Shown: in pieces, positions 37,994 to 50,391 of the stretch
How the letters are laid out: every line of letters begins with the position of its first letter
How positions within the stretch are numbered: position 1 is the stretch's first letter
Assembly (NCBI GenBank): GCA_030704615.1
Contig: CM060734.1
Span: 6,820,001-6,884,000 of the forward strand
From: Takakia lepidozioides
Taxonomy: Eukaryota; Plantae; Bryophyta
DNA length: 64,000 nucleotides
Reading direction: 5' to 3'
The notes under the pieces: model-generated
What the model saw: the letters and a program-made list of their open reading frames with translations, nothing else
Databases searched by the model: none
Told to the model about the DNA's origin: nothing
Program-made: the position numbers and the translations under genes

Positions 37994-38444
37994 GCTGCTG
38001 CAAGCATTTGAATGTTTTGTTTGGATAGTGTCGCGGATGAAGCTTGTGTCTTCCTCGCTCCCAATACATTTCAGTGCATGTTGTCCTTTTCATTGGTCAT
38101 TGATTCATTTTACAGGCATCTATATTGCCTTCCAACTTTGTCTAGCAATTGGCAATTTGCTCCTGCCTGTCATTTGATAACCGTGCAGGCAGTGACTTGA
38201 ATGGGTGGAAGGACTGTGTATTATCCTGGTATGACCACCTTTGTTGTTCGAAGTTTCCTTGAGATAAAGGCATCTTTAAAGTGCTTGTGCCATTCAACAC
38301 AGTTTCGTTGTACTACATGTAGGCGGACGAAGGAACACTAGTGTGAAGATCAAGAACAGACCAAGAAAGAAGGAAAATACGAATGTTACAATGCAAATGG
38401 CTTTTGTTCCTGCCTGTCATTGTACAGCCTTGCTCTCCCTGTCC

Positions 38445-39870
38445 TCTAGGAAGCCTATTGCCATTGGGTGGACTTCATACGGGAGTACATAAATGTCTTG
38501 GTGACTAAATGCCGGCCTTGTGACCCCGTGTCTTTGTTTGCTTTGACCTGAAGCGCTTTGCTTCAGGTAAGGTAGTGCATTGGAACTAGTTGGAGAGTTT
38601 GGGGCCTCTCCCTCTTTAGAATATGCCTACGCGGGCCATTCCCTGCAGCTCCTTGGAGTGTGATCTCTGAATGGTAACAGGTGGACCCCAACCGCTTGGT
38701 GGCAACCCCTCCGCCCAAAGTGGGCAGTTGTATGCTCTGTCTAGCATACTCGGGCACTTGGGCTAGGGTTGGTCCTTGTGCTTAAACTTATAGCCTGCGA
38801 ACTCCACTGATACATTACCTCTCTTAACAATAACAACACTCCCCAGGGTGATTCCTGGGAATATCTAGGCTTTATGTGTAGTTTTTGGGGTGCATCCCAG
38901 GACGATGTGTCCTTTGAAACTACATGCTCCAGCTCAGGCTCGGATTATATGCCTAATGGTTCCATCTCGAGACTTGATAACAGAGGTACTTTGAAGGTTG
39001 CAATGCCCAAAATGGCTACAAAGAGAGTCACATCAATTCAATCTCAAAGAAGTTCGTCCCTTGACTGGCTGGAGAACGGTCTTAGACATTGATGATTCAA
39101 TGAGGCGCTCCAACCAAGGGCAAGGACTTCAACTTGAAAGGTTCTAACCGGATTCATGAATTGGATGAAGTTGATTCCAAGCAGTCAGACAGACAAACTG
39201 ACCCTAAGAGTGCTGAGCTTGAGCATTGTGTGACCGAAGGATTTGGTACTGTGAATGGTTTACTAATGCTTAAAGTTTACACAATCTTTACACGGGGTGA
39301 TTGTCCCCCTTTTGTTGAACGTTTGGCCGTCCAAGAGCAACCATAGGCTACCTAGACGACAAACCATTCATATGCAATGGGCTGGCTTGTGGCTGGGCAC
39401 TTCCAATTTCTCAGGGCTGACTAACCAAAGGAAACAAGTCGAAGTGGGACAAGTTCTACGGGCAAATGATATTCATGTTTGTGCTGGGCAAGAGACATGG
39501 GAAACTTCGGACAGACTGGTTGGAGATGTCAAAGGTTATATGTACCCCAATCGTTCCAAAAAAGAAACTAAGTTAGCATGCGGGCCCACATGGCTCCATT
39601 GCTGCCATGTGAAAGTGGCAATTGCATGTGGGGCCCATATGGAATGCATGCCAAAGTTGGCTACAAAAGGTTCTTGGCAGAGGTTTTAGAGGTGTGGCGA
39701 GGTCATTTTGCCAAGCTATAGCCAAAGAGGGAGCTTGGGAAGAGATGGAGGGTCTGTTAGGGATCGTGAAGGAGAATGAGATGTCCGAAGTATCAGAGAG
39801 CAGGGAAGCACTACTCTTTTCATGATTAACTACTTGCGACTGGTGGAGTGACCTGGACACTAAATTAGCC
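38445..39870 (+). mobile_element. Internally deleted LINE-like remnant with start of an APE endonuclease
   Basis: LWLGTSNFSGL..KQVEV..DIHVCAGQETW at about 39370-39540; boundaries uncertain. Confidence 0.45.
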
Positions 39871-42060
39871 TACTTCACATATTGAGTGGAGCCATTGATC
39901 TGATCTATCCTTCGACCGTTACAGATCTAGACATCGTCGATCTTCTTTGACTAAAATACTCAACACCTCCCCCCGAACTTGGAAGCTATTCATCTTTCCA
40001 AGAGAGTATAAAAAAATGTCATTCTAGTTTAGACTACATGCTCTGATTAATGGCAGAATTCGAGTAGTCAATTGTGTGTACCAAACCTCCGCTCTTTCAT
40101 CCACAGAAGCCGAATATATGGCCATGACGAGTGGAGCAAAAGAGGTTGTGTGGCTGAGGAGATTGTTTGGAGAAATTCAAGCAATCGACAAACAAGAACC
40201 AACGAAAATCATGGTCGACAATCAAAGTGCAATTAAACTCTCCGAAAACCCAGTTCTTCACGACAAAACCAAGCATATTGCGATCAGACATCATTTTGTC
40301 AGAGAAAAAATTGCAGATGGTGAACTAGAAATGAATCATGTTTCATCTTCTGATCAGCTCGCAGACATCTTGACCAAACCCTTGGGTCGTATTGTGTTCG
40401 AGAACTAAGAGACGTGGCTGCTTTCTGTTACCCCATGTGATTGGACTCGATCCCAAACAAAACAGATAACCTGTTGCTGATTTGCGATCGTGAATGTCTC
40501 CAGCCCAGCCGGCATCTAAATAGCCCGTGAGTACGCTTTCCTCCCTTGACATAACAAATACCAAAGTCCACCGTACCTTTGATATACCTAAACAAGTGCT
40601 TCACAACATCCAGATGTGGAGTTTGGGGTTGGTTCGAGAACCTACTCACCATAATTACTGCGAAAGAAATGTCTGGTCGGGCTTGTGTCAGGAAATTCAA
40701 TTTCCCTATTATTCGTTGGTACATTTGTGCATCGACTGTGGAAGCCCCCATGTCTGGCATGAGCTTAAGTCCTTGTAGCATAGGTACAGCTGCAGCATTA
40801 CAGTTAGCAAACCCAACTTCTTTCAACATCTGTGCTGCGTATCCTCTCTACATGACAGTAATACCCTTTGACCAAAAAAAGTACTCCAACCCTAATGAGT
40901 GACTCAGCAAACCCAAATCTGTCATCTCAAATCTCTTCTGAATTTCTATTCTAATCCACTGGAGCTTAGTAGCATGGTTATCGGTGAGATAAACATCATC
41001 GACATAAAGAATTAAAAGAACCACCTTGTCACCTTCGCGAAAATAATACAGGTTGCCATCAACGATGTCTTTCTTCAATCCTTGTTTTTGCAAGTATTCA
41101 TCGATCTTAGTATACCATGCACGAGGTGCTTGGCGGTGCAATCCGTACAATGCTTTGCGTAATCTGCATACTTTGCCCTCTTTACCTTTTTCTTCAAACC
41201 CCTCTGGTTGTTGCACAAAAACTTCCTCAGAGAGTTCGCCATTTAGAAAGGCAGTCTTCACGTCAAGATGGTAGATCGACCATCCATTGTGACCAACCAA
41301 TGCAGTGATGGCATGCAAAGTATTATATTGGCAACCGGGGCATAGGTTCCTCAAAGTCCTCCCCTTCACACTGTTGAAATCCACAAGCAACCAAGCGCGC
41401 TTTTAGTTTTGATGTGGTGCCATCCGCATGGGTTTTCAACTTGTAAATCCATTTAGTTGTGATTGGTTTTCGACCAGGGGGCAAATCCTCTAGTGTGCAA
41501 GTTTTGTTCTTATGTATGGAACTAATCTCCTGTTCCATACCTTCAACCCATCCAGGTATTTGGGAAGCTTCAGAAAAACTTGTAGGTTCAGTAATCGCGG
41601 ATTTAGACAACCCCATAACAAAATTATTGAACCGCTTTGGTGGCTTGACAAGGTGGCCAACACGAATGTGAATTTCAGGCTCTATAGGCAACACCTCCTT
41701 CAAATGACCTTGTTCAGACTGATCAGCAAAAGTGAAACATTGACTGAATGACAAGGTGAGCTTTCACTGTCACCTGAGGCGTGACGATCATCACTGCTCG
41801 TAGATTCAGCATGTGTTGAATGGTCAGTGTCATTTTGAGGAGTTTAAGTGCCTTGGTCGAAATAGGGTACGTCAACTTGTTGTTCCGCTTGTTGGTCCTA
41901 TAGTATTGGAGTCTCCGGTAGGTGGCAGAATACAGTTTTACAGGGTCCTGTTCAATCGTTGTTCTGGTTGTAACCGGCATGAAGCTCATGTGATCTTTAG
42001 AAAAAATGACATCTTTTGACACTGTAACTTTGTTTAACTTTGGACAGAAATAGATGATCC
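39850..42060 (-). mobile_element. Ty1/copia pol remnant (end of IN, RT, RNase H) with PPT and start of 3' LTR at 39965
   Basis: VSKDVIF, KWIYKLK, KARLVACGF, HLDVKTAFLNG, LYVDD, RPDISFAV, YLDAGWAGD; minus strand reads GGGGGGAGG-TGTTG at 39974-39961. Many frameshifts; LTR far end not determined. Confidence 0.85.
40090..40411 (+). other. Inverted RNase H segment of the copia element
   Basis: ALSSTEAEY..DNQSAI..TKHIAIRHHFVRE..QLADILTKPL lies on + while the flanking pol is on -. Confidence 0.85.
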
Positions 42061-43953
42061 CATTCCTTCTCCCACTGCCCCTCCTTCTCTGGGTGCTTGA
42101 ATCCAAGACACCCGCTAGGAAGGGCTAGGTTCTCCCTCCTCAAAGCTCAACTTTTAGCTTAAGGGAAAATGGTCATAAAACAATACAAGTCAAATAATTT
42201 CAAAACGTTCAATAAGTTGCCCACAAATCACTTAAGTTCTCCAAGTTCAAAAAGTTCAAACAGGCGCCTTAATCCTATTTAGGAATTTTTCGCCCTCAGA
42301 AATACATAAAAATAATTATAAATAGAAAAATTAGGAAAAATACCTCCCAAGTAAAGAATCTTGAGGGGGATCCAGAGATGCCATTGGCACCCCCAATGGA
42401 ACGTGGGAACCCCCTGGGAACCAAGCTACACTTCTGGGAACATCCGGGAATTGTTCCCCGCCGAGGGGAACGCCACGCCGCCCTGGATGAATGAAATCGC
42501 TGAGACAAGGCACATTCCGCTCATCCGTTAGTGCAGAATCCGCCTGCCTAAAATATAAAATAAGCCCATGGTGGGTCCAAACTTGTTGCAACCTCTTAAT
42601 ACTAGTTTAAGATGGCAAGGGCACTTTTCCCCTTATGGAAAATGTCATCCCCTACCCTTGGGTCTGACACGTTTTGTCATTGTAGCCTAGAATTCCGGAC
42701 AGAGTACTTTTTGTTCACCGCCGTCTCCCGCTGCCATCTCTGAGCTCAGAGGTTTGCTCATGCTCTTCTCTGGTTTGAATGCAAGGCCCCTCCAAGGGCT
42801 CTCTATCCTCAAAAGCTAAGAATTTTCTTACCAACAGATCTCGAAATAAAGCCCTCTTACCCCTTAAAGGAGTCCAAATCAAATGAAATAGTAGAAGGTC
42901 CAGAAGCCCCCCCTTAAAATTCGATCTCTGCTATACCCGCGGGGTAAAAACGCCCCCGCCACATGGCGGGGTCAGGATCCGCGCGAGCCGGGCACCACCG
43001 CGGACCGCAGCGGTTTATGCCAGCGACTGCTGGTCCGCAGACCGAATGTTTACCAGCAGGTAATGACGCCCTTTTTGGCACGCCTCTCTTGTCCCGCGTG
43101 CTGAGGCCACGCGGGCTTGTCCTTTCTTGCAAGTACGACTCAAAGTCAGCGGGCCCGCCTCTCAGCGTCGTGGCGCGTCCCGCGGCTGTTTCCTCGAGCT
43201 CCTGGCTCAAAGGCGCACCACCCGGGACTAACAAGAGCTGCTGGCGGCCCGTGGGGCAGATCCTATGAACCCAAAAGCAAACCCCCAAAAAAACAAACAT
43301 AATCCCTTCCCCCTTTATATTCCAAAGGGCCCCTTGATTGGGGAACTATTGGAGGTTAGTATGGCCTTCCGCGGCCTTTTAGATCCTCATTCCAGCTCTG
43401 CTATAAGCTGCTGAGCTATATATCAGCTTTGCTCCTTGACATAAAAATGAAAAAAATGATTCAATATTTCATTCTATCCACCATAGTGCAAATGGCCTTT
43501 GGGCAAATCATCTCATGGGGTCTTCCCACATCAATTATGAACTCAAGATCACGGTGAATTCGCAATGCACATCACCTCTTCAAGAGGGCTCTTTCTTCAA
43601 TCAACTTTCAATAATCAAGACATCTTGAAAAAATCAACCAATTCACATACATAAATGGCAAAGTGAGGAGTGTGTCAACCTTCCAATGTGCGAGGTGCCT
43701 GGGATGCTCTACTTTTCCTCCAATGAAATAAATAGCAAACTAATTAATCGGTCGTCGCAAGTGCCGTAGACCTTGTAATTCCGTGCCACTGCTGATCTTT
43801 GCCATAAATCACAAAACTTGGTGATAAATTATGATTAGGTACTTCGTACGTGATTGTAAATTCTCAGGTCAATCGGAGTTGAAAACATCTTCCAAACGCC
43901 GTTCTTCGTGGATTCGGCGTATATGAAACTTTGCTGCTTCATTGGAAAATAAT

Positions 43954-44856
43954 CTAATGGTGGTGCTCCAGGGAGTCTCTGACCTTGCCACTTAATCGTA
44001 AAGCTCGGGAGTCATCTCCAACTATCTTTGCACCATCGGCTTGCCCATGCTTCGCTCCGAAGTCGTCTCCGATGTGCTTCTCTTGATCAGCTTCAATCTG
44101 CCTGTATTGCTTGAAAGTATCTTCATTGCGACAGATTGTATTCTTCATATCGACAATGAGCTTCATTTGCTCAACATTTTCTTCTTCTGCCTTCGTACAT
44201 TTTTCCGCTTGACTGTTTATTTCTTTTGTAGATTGGTCAAGCATAGTTGTAAATGTAGCACATTGTATCGCCATCCTGTTATGCACTGTTTGCAACTCCG
44301 TATGTAGTGCATTCAGTTCTTGCAACTTGCTTTCATGCTGCACCTGCATTTGGTATAGCTGTTGCTTATGTGCTTCGTGCAACTGGTCTTGCGCGAGGCC
44401 TGCCTCAATCAATTGTTCCTTGGCCAATTGCAAAGCCATTTCTGTATTTCCCAAGTCCTGCTTCATCTTGAGAGTGACCTCTTCATCGACCTTGTTTGCA
44501 CACTCAGTGGCAAGTCGAGCCTCAAACTCCTTCCTGAGTTCCTCTCTCAAGGCTGTCAATTGGGTAATTGGAACATGGGATTTGACATAAGTCCCCAACA
44601 AATTAAGTGTCTTGCCTATGGAACTCATCAGCATTGCCTGTTGAGGGTCATCATGGTGAGGTTGCTGCTGTTCCTCCTGATCTTCAACAGTGTGATGTCT
44701 CACTAACCATTCAGGCCATTGTCCCACCGGATTTTCTTCCTGAACTACTTCATCTATCACCGGTGCTACAGTGTCATGACCTTCCGCCTGTGGTACCTCC
44801 GACACAGGTGTGTGTATTATATGCACCTCAGGATTTCCCTTGGGCAACTGTTGCAC
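43954..44856 (-). CDS. Coiled-coil-rich continuation of the gypsy 3' extra ORF
   Basis: 300 codons rich in E/Q/K/L heptads, same strand, immediately downstream of the IN-fusion ORF. Confidence 0.55.
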   Translation of the reverse strand: MQQLPKGNPEVHIIHTPVSEVPQAEGHDTVAPVIDEVVQEENPVGQWPEWLVRHHTVEDQEEQQQPHHDDPQQAMLMSSIGKTLNLLGTYVKSHVPITQLTALREELRKEFEARLATECANKVDEEVTLKMKQDLGNTEMALQLAKEQLIEAGLAQDQLHEAHKQQLYQMQVQHESKLQELNALHTELQTVHNRMAIQCATFTTMLDQSTKEINSQAEKCTKAEEENVEQMKLIVDMKNTICRNEDTFKQYRQIEADQEKHIGDDFGAKHGQADGAKIVGDDSRALRLSGKVRDSLEHHH

Positions 44857-45020
44857 CTCTAGGATTTCTGTCTCCTTGACCAGACCAGAATATTCATAGA
44901 GAAGGTCCCCTTCTCTATTTCTGCCACTATCTGTTCTGTAGTTGGAATATCTAACCCTTCACTTTCCAAATCAATTATTTCTGGTTGAGCTGCATGGATA
45001 ACTTGTGACCTTGTGACAAG

Positions 45021-48000
45021 TCATTCAGGTGGCTGTGATGGTTGTGATGCAGAAGTAACTTCCTCCTCCCTCTCTGAAGGTCCTGCTTCCAGTAATAGCA
45101 TTTCTCTGTGCTGCTGTGCCCCTTCCTGGCCATGAGCTTGGGAAACATTATCATGCGGAATCCGTGAAGCCAGTGGATCCGCCACTACAGTCTTTCCCCG
45201 TCTCTGCCTCTTAGTCTCGGGTTGCCCTGCTAGTCCACCCTCACTGTGTGAAGAGCCTTGCTCTTCCATTGCAATTGTTTCTGGCTCAAACACTCCCATT
45301 TCCTTCCTTTCTTGTGCATCAAGTATGCCAGAATCAAGGATTATTTGAGCAATGATTGGGCCAGACACTATGATAGGAGACTTTGCGGTAGTACCTTGTA
45401 ATCTTTTCATCTCCTCTACCAGTGCGTTGTACATTATGTCCGCCCATTGTACCTCTTGTCCCTTCAGGCCTTTGAGTATTTCCTCCGTGAAGGATCTGCT
45501 CAAATACTGTTGGTTCTGTTTCATGGCAATCAGAATGTTCAATACCTGGCCTACCTCTTTTAACCCTGGGTACACAGCCTTGGTACAAGCATAACCCTGA
45601 GTTTTAAAGAAACTCCCTTCTTGGAATAAGTCCCCTATTTGCAGTCTTGCCCTGTGTTTCTCCACATGCACCTGACCTGCTGGCAATCGAAACAATTGCT
45701 GGAGGTATAGGGGAGTAATCATTAATTCAACTCCCTTCACCGTTGTTGTTCCTGTCCTTGGCTCAAAGTTCTGCAAAAATTGTAACATGTACTGTCTATG
45801 GTGTAGTGTCCAATCTAGGCTTTGCAATCCTTGCAATCTCAGCTCCTCCAGTATCTGTATCGCCTGTGGGGTAGCAATCGTTTGTTTCTGCAGGATTGTG
45901 GTGCTCTTCACCCTGATTTCCTCCATTCCTCTCACTCTCTTCATTTTAGACTCACAGAACTGTTTTGGCTGTAACAACTGCAGGAATGCCTGTAGTGCAC
46001 AAAGCATAAACGTATGGTTGCCGCAGAAAGCTATGGGTAATTTCTTGTAAGCCTGCGGGGCTTGCAAGCATCGCTCAAGAGAAAAGCTCCGCTCTGTCCT
46101 TTCGTGTCTATGCCACTGCGTAAGTAATATTGCGAGCGTATAGTCTGTTAGTTCCTCCATAGTTTCCAAGGTATAGCATTGATGGTCTGTCCTGTCGAGA
46201 CGTCCGTTACTCAGAATGACGCCGCCTCTTGCGCTCAATTTCCCTCCATTTTCTTGATCATTTCTCTGGTTTTCTATTGGCTGTATCCGTTGTGACTGGA
46301 TTTTAGATTTTATCTTCTTTAGTGGACTTTCCCTGTTGGATAGTCCACTAGGATCACACATGTGACAAGAATTCCGCTTTTCTGTACTTGCCGTTCGTTC
46401 CGTTTCCCTTTTTCCGTACTCATTAATGGGCCCGCCTTTCATCCCTTTTGACGGCCGTTCTTGTCCTCTTTCTTTTTGACACCTGTTCTTGCACTTCCTT
46501 CTCGGCTGTGTGTCGCGCCCTGACCTCCACGTGTCCATTTTTAAAGTAATTTCCGTTTCCTCTTCCGTCAGCCATTTTCCTGAAGTTATTATGTGTCCAC
46601 TTGTCACTGATTCTATGGATCGTGTAACTTTAGTAGGCTGTGTTGAGCTGTGACAGGCTGTGTCATACTGTGTTACGCTGTGATAGGCTGTGTTGCACTG
46701 TGGTAAGCTGTGATAGGTTGTGACACGCTGTGGTAGGTTGTGATAGGCTGTGTTGCGCCGTGCTGGGCTGTGATAGGCTGTGTCACGTCGTGATGGGCTG
46801 TGATAGGCTGTGTCACGTTGTGATGGGCTGTGATAGGCTGTGTCACGTCGTGATGGGCTGTGATAGGCTGTGTCACGTCGTGATGGGCTGTGATAGGCTG
46901 TGCTTTGCCTTGATGGGCTGTGATAGGATGTGTCACGTTTGTTTTGCCCACCCTGGTCATATATGCTGGGCCTAACGACAAGTGTTCCATACTCCGTTCG
47001 TAACACTGGTGCAGCCCGTGACTGCTCTTGCGGTTCAACATGCAAATCATGCTGCAGGGGTTTGTCATGGATACCACTGTACCCCTTCAACTTATTTGCA
47101 TTGACTCTTCCCAGCATTTCTTTGTTAATGGTTTGTAACATGACGGTGTTGTTATCATACATCTTTTGTATGACATAAGGTCCTTTCCATGGTGATTTAA
47201 GCTTAGAAGCTTGAATCTTTCCTTTCTTCTGCAACCATAGAACCAAATCCCCCGTCTTAAAAGTCTTTAACTTGCCTTCATCAAACTGTTCCTTTCGCTT
47301 CATCTGAATTCTGGTCATATTATCAGCTGCATCAGCACGTACTTCTTCCACATGGTATAATTCATGTTTCCTGACCTTGATGGAGTCTTGCAATTCCATT
47401 CTTTTTCCCCACTCCGTTCTCATGGTAGGTAACAGGAATTCCACTGGAAGTAAGGCTTCCATACCATAAACTAATTGGAATGGTGTATACTTAGTGGTGA
47501 CTTTATATGAAGTCCTGTATAACCACAAAGCTGTCAGCAGCTTCGTATCCCAATCCGTTCTGTTTGCATTGACTATCTTAGCCAAGATAGTACATAGTAT
47601 TTTGTTGGTAGCCTCTGCCTGCCCATTACCCTGTGGGTAATATGTTGTACTCTTTCTATGCACAATCATAAACTCTTTAGTCAACAACTCAATGGTCTCA
47701 TTCATGAAGTGACTTCCTTGATCACTGATAAATTCTAAGGGACAGCCAAATCGTGTAAGTATGTTCTCGTACAGGAACCTTGCTGTGGACTTGGCTGTGT
47801 TGTCCCTCAAAGCTTTAGCTTCCACCCACTTTGTAGTATAATCAGTGGCTGTAATTATGTACCTGTTTCGTGTATTCTTGGATGGTGGGTTAATTGGTCC
47901 AACAAAGTCTAGTCCCCATTTCTGAAATGGTTCCGTAGGCATTGTAGGATGCAAGGCCATCCTTCCAGATCTCTGCAAAGGTCCTAGCCTCTGACATTCA

Positions 48001-48197
48001 TCACACTTCTGACAATACTCGTATACATCTTTGAACAAAGTAGGCCACCAGTATCCTGCGAATAGTATCTTTCTACTGGTAGTCTCTTCTCCAAAATGAC
48101 CTCCAGCCACTCCTTTATGAACTTCCGCCAAAACTTTATTTACTTCATGGTGGTACAAGCATCGTTTTAGTACTCCATCAGGTCCTAACTTATACAT
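45021..48197 (-). CDS. Integrase fused in frame to a ~690-aa extension
   Basis: 1058-codon ORF: IN core, then YHSPSRRDTA repeats, a basic linker and a helical domain (FLQNFEP..TVKGVELMITP..LFRLP; VQWADIMY). Confidence 0.8.
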   Translation of the reverse strand: MYKLGPDGVLKRCLYHHEVNKVLAEVHKGVAGGHFGEETTSRKILFAGYWWPTLFKDVYEYCQKCDECQRLGPLQRSGRMALHPTMPTEPFQKWGLDFVGPINPPSKNTRNRYIITATDYTTKWVEAKALRDNTAKSTARFLYENILTRFGCPLEFISDQGSHFMNETIELLTKEFMIVHRKSTTYYPQGNGQAEATNKILCTILAKIVNANRTDWDTKLLTALWLYRTSYKVTTKYTPFQLVYGMEALLPVEFLLPTMRTEWGKRMELQDSIKVRKHELYHVEEVRADAADNMTRIQMKRKEQFDEGKLKTFKTGDLVLWLQKKGKIQASKLKSPWKGPYVIQKMYDNNTVMLQTINKEMLGRVNANKLKGYSGIHDKPLQHDLHVEPQEQSRAAPVLRTEYGTLVVRPSIYDQGGQNKRDTSYHSPSRQSTAYHSPSRRDTAYHSPSRRDTAYHSPSQRDTAYHSPSRRDTAYHSPARRNTAYHNLPQRVTTYHSLPQCNTAYHSVTQYDTACHSSTQPTKVTRSIESVTSGHIITSGKWLTEEETEITLKMDTWRSGRDTQPRRKCKNRCQKERGQERPSKGMKGGPINEYGKRETERTASTEKRNSCHMCDPSGLSNRESPLKKIKSKIQSQRIQPIENQRNDQENGGKLSARGGVILSNGRLDRTDHQCYTLETMEELTDYTLAILLTQWHRHERTERSFSLERCLQAPQAYKKLPIAFCGNHTFMLCALQAFLQLLQPKQFCESKMKRVRGMEEIRVKSTTILQKQTIATPQAIQILEELRLQGLQSLDWTLHHRQYMLQFLQNFEPRTGTTTVKGVELMITPLYLQQLFRLPAGQVHVEKHRARLQIGDLFQEGSFFKTQGYACTKAVYPGLKEVGQVLNILIAMKQNQQYLSRSFTEEILKGLKGQEVQWADIMYNALVEEMKRLQGTTAKSPIIVSGPIIAQIILDSGILDAQERKEMGVFEPETIAMEEQGSSHSEGGLAGQPETKRQRRGKTVVADPLASRIPHDNVSQAHGQEGAQQHREMLLLEAGPSEREEEVTSASQPSQPPE
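46635..46937 (-). repeat. 30-bp tandem repeat built on TCACAGCC (encodes YHSPSRRDTA)
   Basis: gggctgtgataggctgtgtcacgtcgtgat repeated, about 10 units. Confidence 0.9.
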
Positions 48198-49891
48198 TCT
48201 GCTTTCCTACCATAGTATAAGGTAAAGCTTTGATAGCGATTCTCTTCCTCTGCTCCTTACCATAACTAGGTGGGCACTGACCATGAGCAAGGTAGTATCT
48301 GATTGGCCACTGCCAATCTAACCAGTCATCTGCACTTCCCTGCACCTCCACTGCAAAGAGACTCGCATCTGGTAATTGATCATCTATTCCTGTGGCTGGT
48401 TCTCCTGTTGACAATCGTGACAAATGATCCGCCACAAGATGCAGTCTTCCAGGCTTGTAAACAACTTTGAACTCAAACTCGTGCAAGATTATCAACCATC
48501 TTGCTATTCTTCCGCTTATCAGAGGTTTGTTTACCAGGTATATCAGAGCCTGGTGATCCACATAGAACATAAACTTCTTGCCCAACAGGTAATGCCTGAA
48601 TTTATTCACTGCATAGATCATTGCCAATGCTTCTCTTTCCGTTGTGCTATAGTTCCTCTCAGCACTGTTCCTCAACCGGCTAGCATAGTACACAGGTGAA
48701 TCTATGTTCCCTGTAACATTCTGGGCTAACACCGCTCCCAACGCTTCTCCTGATGCATCGCAGTGAACATGGAATACTACATGCCAGTGAGGGTTAATCA
48801 GCACAGGTGTAGTTGTTACTGACAGTGTAAGTTCCTCAAATGCCTGTTGACATTCAGCTGTCCAGGCAAACACTGCATCTTTCTTCAGTAGTTTGCTCAA
48901 TGGTGCTGCTATTTGTGCATACCTTTTGACAAATCTCCTGTAATAACTGGTTTGCCCAAGGAATCTCCGTAGACTTTTAACATTCACTGGTGGTGGAGAG
49001 GCTTTAATGGACTCTGTCTTTCTGGGATCCACAAGGAGTCCCTTCTTACACACAATGTGTCCCAGAAGCACCCCTGAGTTCACGCAGAAAGTACACTTCT
49101 CTGGATTCAGGCCCAGACCTCTCATCCTGCATCTGGCCAAACATAACTCCAATTTATGCAAGTGCTCACTCTTAGAGCTGTACACACTGAAATCATCCAA
49201 GAATACCTGCATGAAATCATCCAGATACTCATGAAAAGATTCACTTATCACTCTCTGAAAGGTCGCTGGTGCATTACAAAGTCCAAAGGGCATGACTTTG
49301 TATGCATAAGCCCCCAGTCTGTGATGAAAGCTGTTTTCCCTTGGTCTTCTTCTGCCACTTGCACTTGATTATAACCACTGAAGCCATCCATGAATGAGTA
49401 CATCTCATGGCCTGCCACAGTGTCTAATACTGCTTCTGTGAATGGCAAAGGGAAAGGATCTTTCTTCGTACAAGCATTCAGCTTCTTATAGTTCACACAT
49501 ACTCTTAGTTTGCCATTCTTCTTGGGAACTATTACAATGGGTGACAACCAAGTTGTATACTCTATTGGGTATATAAACTTAGCCTCAGCCAACTTCTTTA
49601 TCTCTTCTCCAACCTTCTGTGCGTAGTTGGGATTCATTCTATACCTCGTCTGCTTGATTGGTACTGACCCTGGTTCCAGTTCAATCTTATGCTGACAGAC
49701 TTCAGGTGGTATCCCTTTTAGATCCTCATAGCTCCAAGCAAATACATCTCTGTATTTGATGAACAAGCTTTTAGCTTCTTCGAAGAATTCCGGCTCCAAA
49801 TCAGCTCCTACTTTCACCATCCTCGGTTCCTCTTTAGTTCCCACATTTACTTCTCTCACCTGCTCATCAGCTGTGATTGTCCAACCAGTCA

Positions 49892-50391
49892 NNNNNNNNN
49901 NNNNNNNNNNNNNNNNNNNNNNNNNNNNNNNNNNNNNNNNNNNNNNNNNNNNNNNNNNNNNNNNNNNNNNNNNNNNNNNNNNNNNNNNNNNNNNNNNNNN
50001 NNNNNNNNNNNNNNNNNNNNNNNNNNNNNNNNNNNNNNNNNNNNNNNNNNNNNNNNNNNNNNNNNNNNNNNNNNNNNNNNNNNNNNNNNNNNNNNNNNNN
50101 NNNNNNNNNNNNNNNNNNNNNNNNNNNNNNNNNNNNNNNNNNNNNNNNNNNNNNNNNNNNNNNNNNNNNNNNNNNNNNNNNNNNNNNNNNNNNNNNNNNN
50201 NNNNNNNNNNNNNNNNNNNNNNNNNNNNNNNNNNNNNNNNNNNNNNNNNNNNNNNNNNNNNNNNNNNNNNNNNNNNNNNNNNNNNNNNNNNNNNNNNNNN
50301 NNNNNNNNNNNNNNNNNNNNNNNNNNNNNNNNNNNNNNNNNNNNNNNNNNNNNNNNNNNNNNNNNNNNNNNNNNNNNNNNNNNNNNNNNNN
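49892..50391. other. Assembly gap (500 N)
   Basis: Run of N; adjacency across it is unverified. Confidence 0.99.

Larger units (their letters stand above)
42100..49891 (-). mobile_element. Ty3/gypsy element without a chromodomain and with long 3' extra coding region, 5' part lost in gap
   Basis: RT (MDGFSGYNQ, MPFGLCNAP, FLDD), RH (YSTTEREALA), IN (WGLDFVGP, SDQGSHF, PQGNGQAE, WKGPY); frameshifts near 49290 and 48190. The 3' LTR probably lies within 42100-43570 but is not resolved. Confidence 0.85.
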
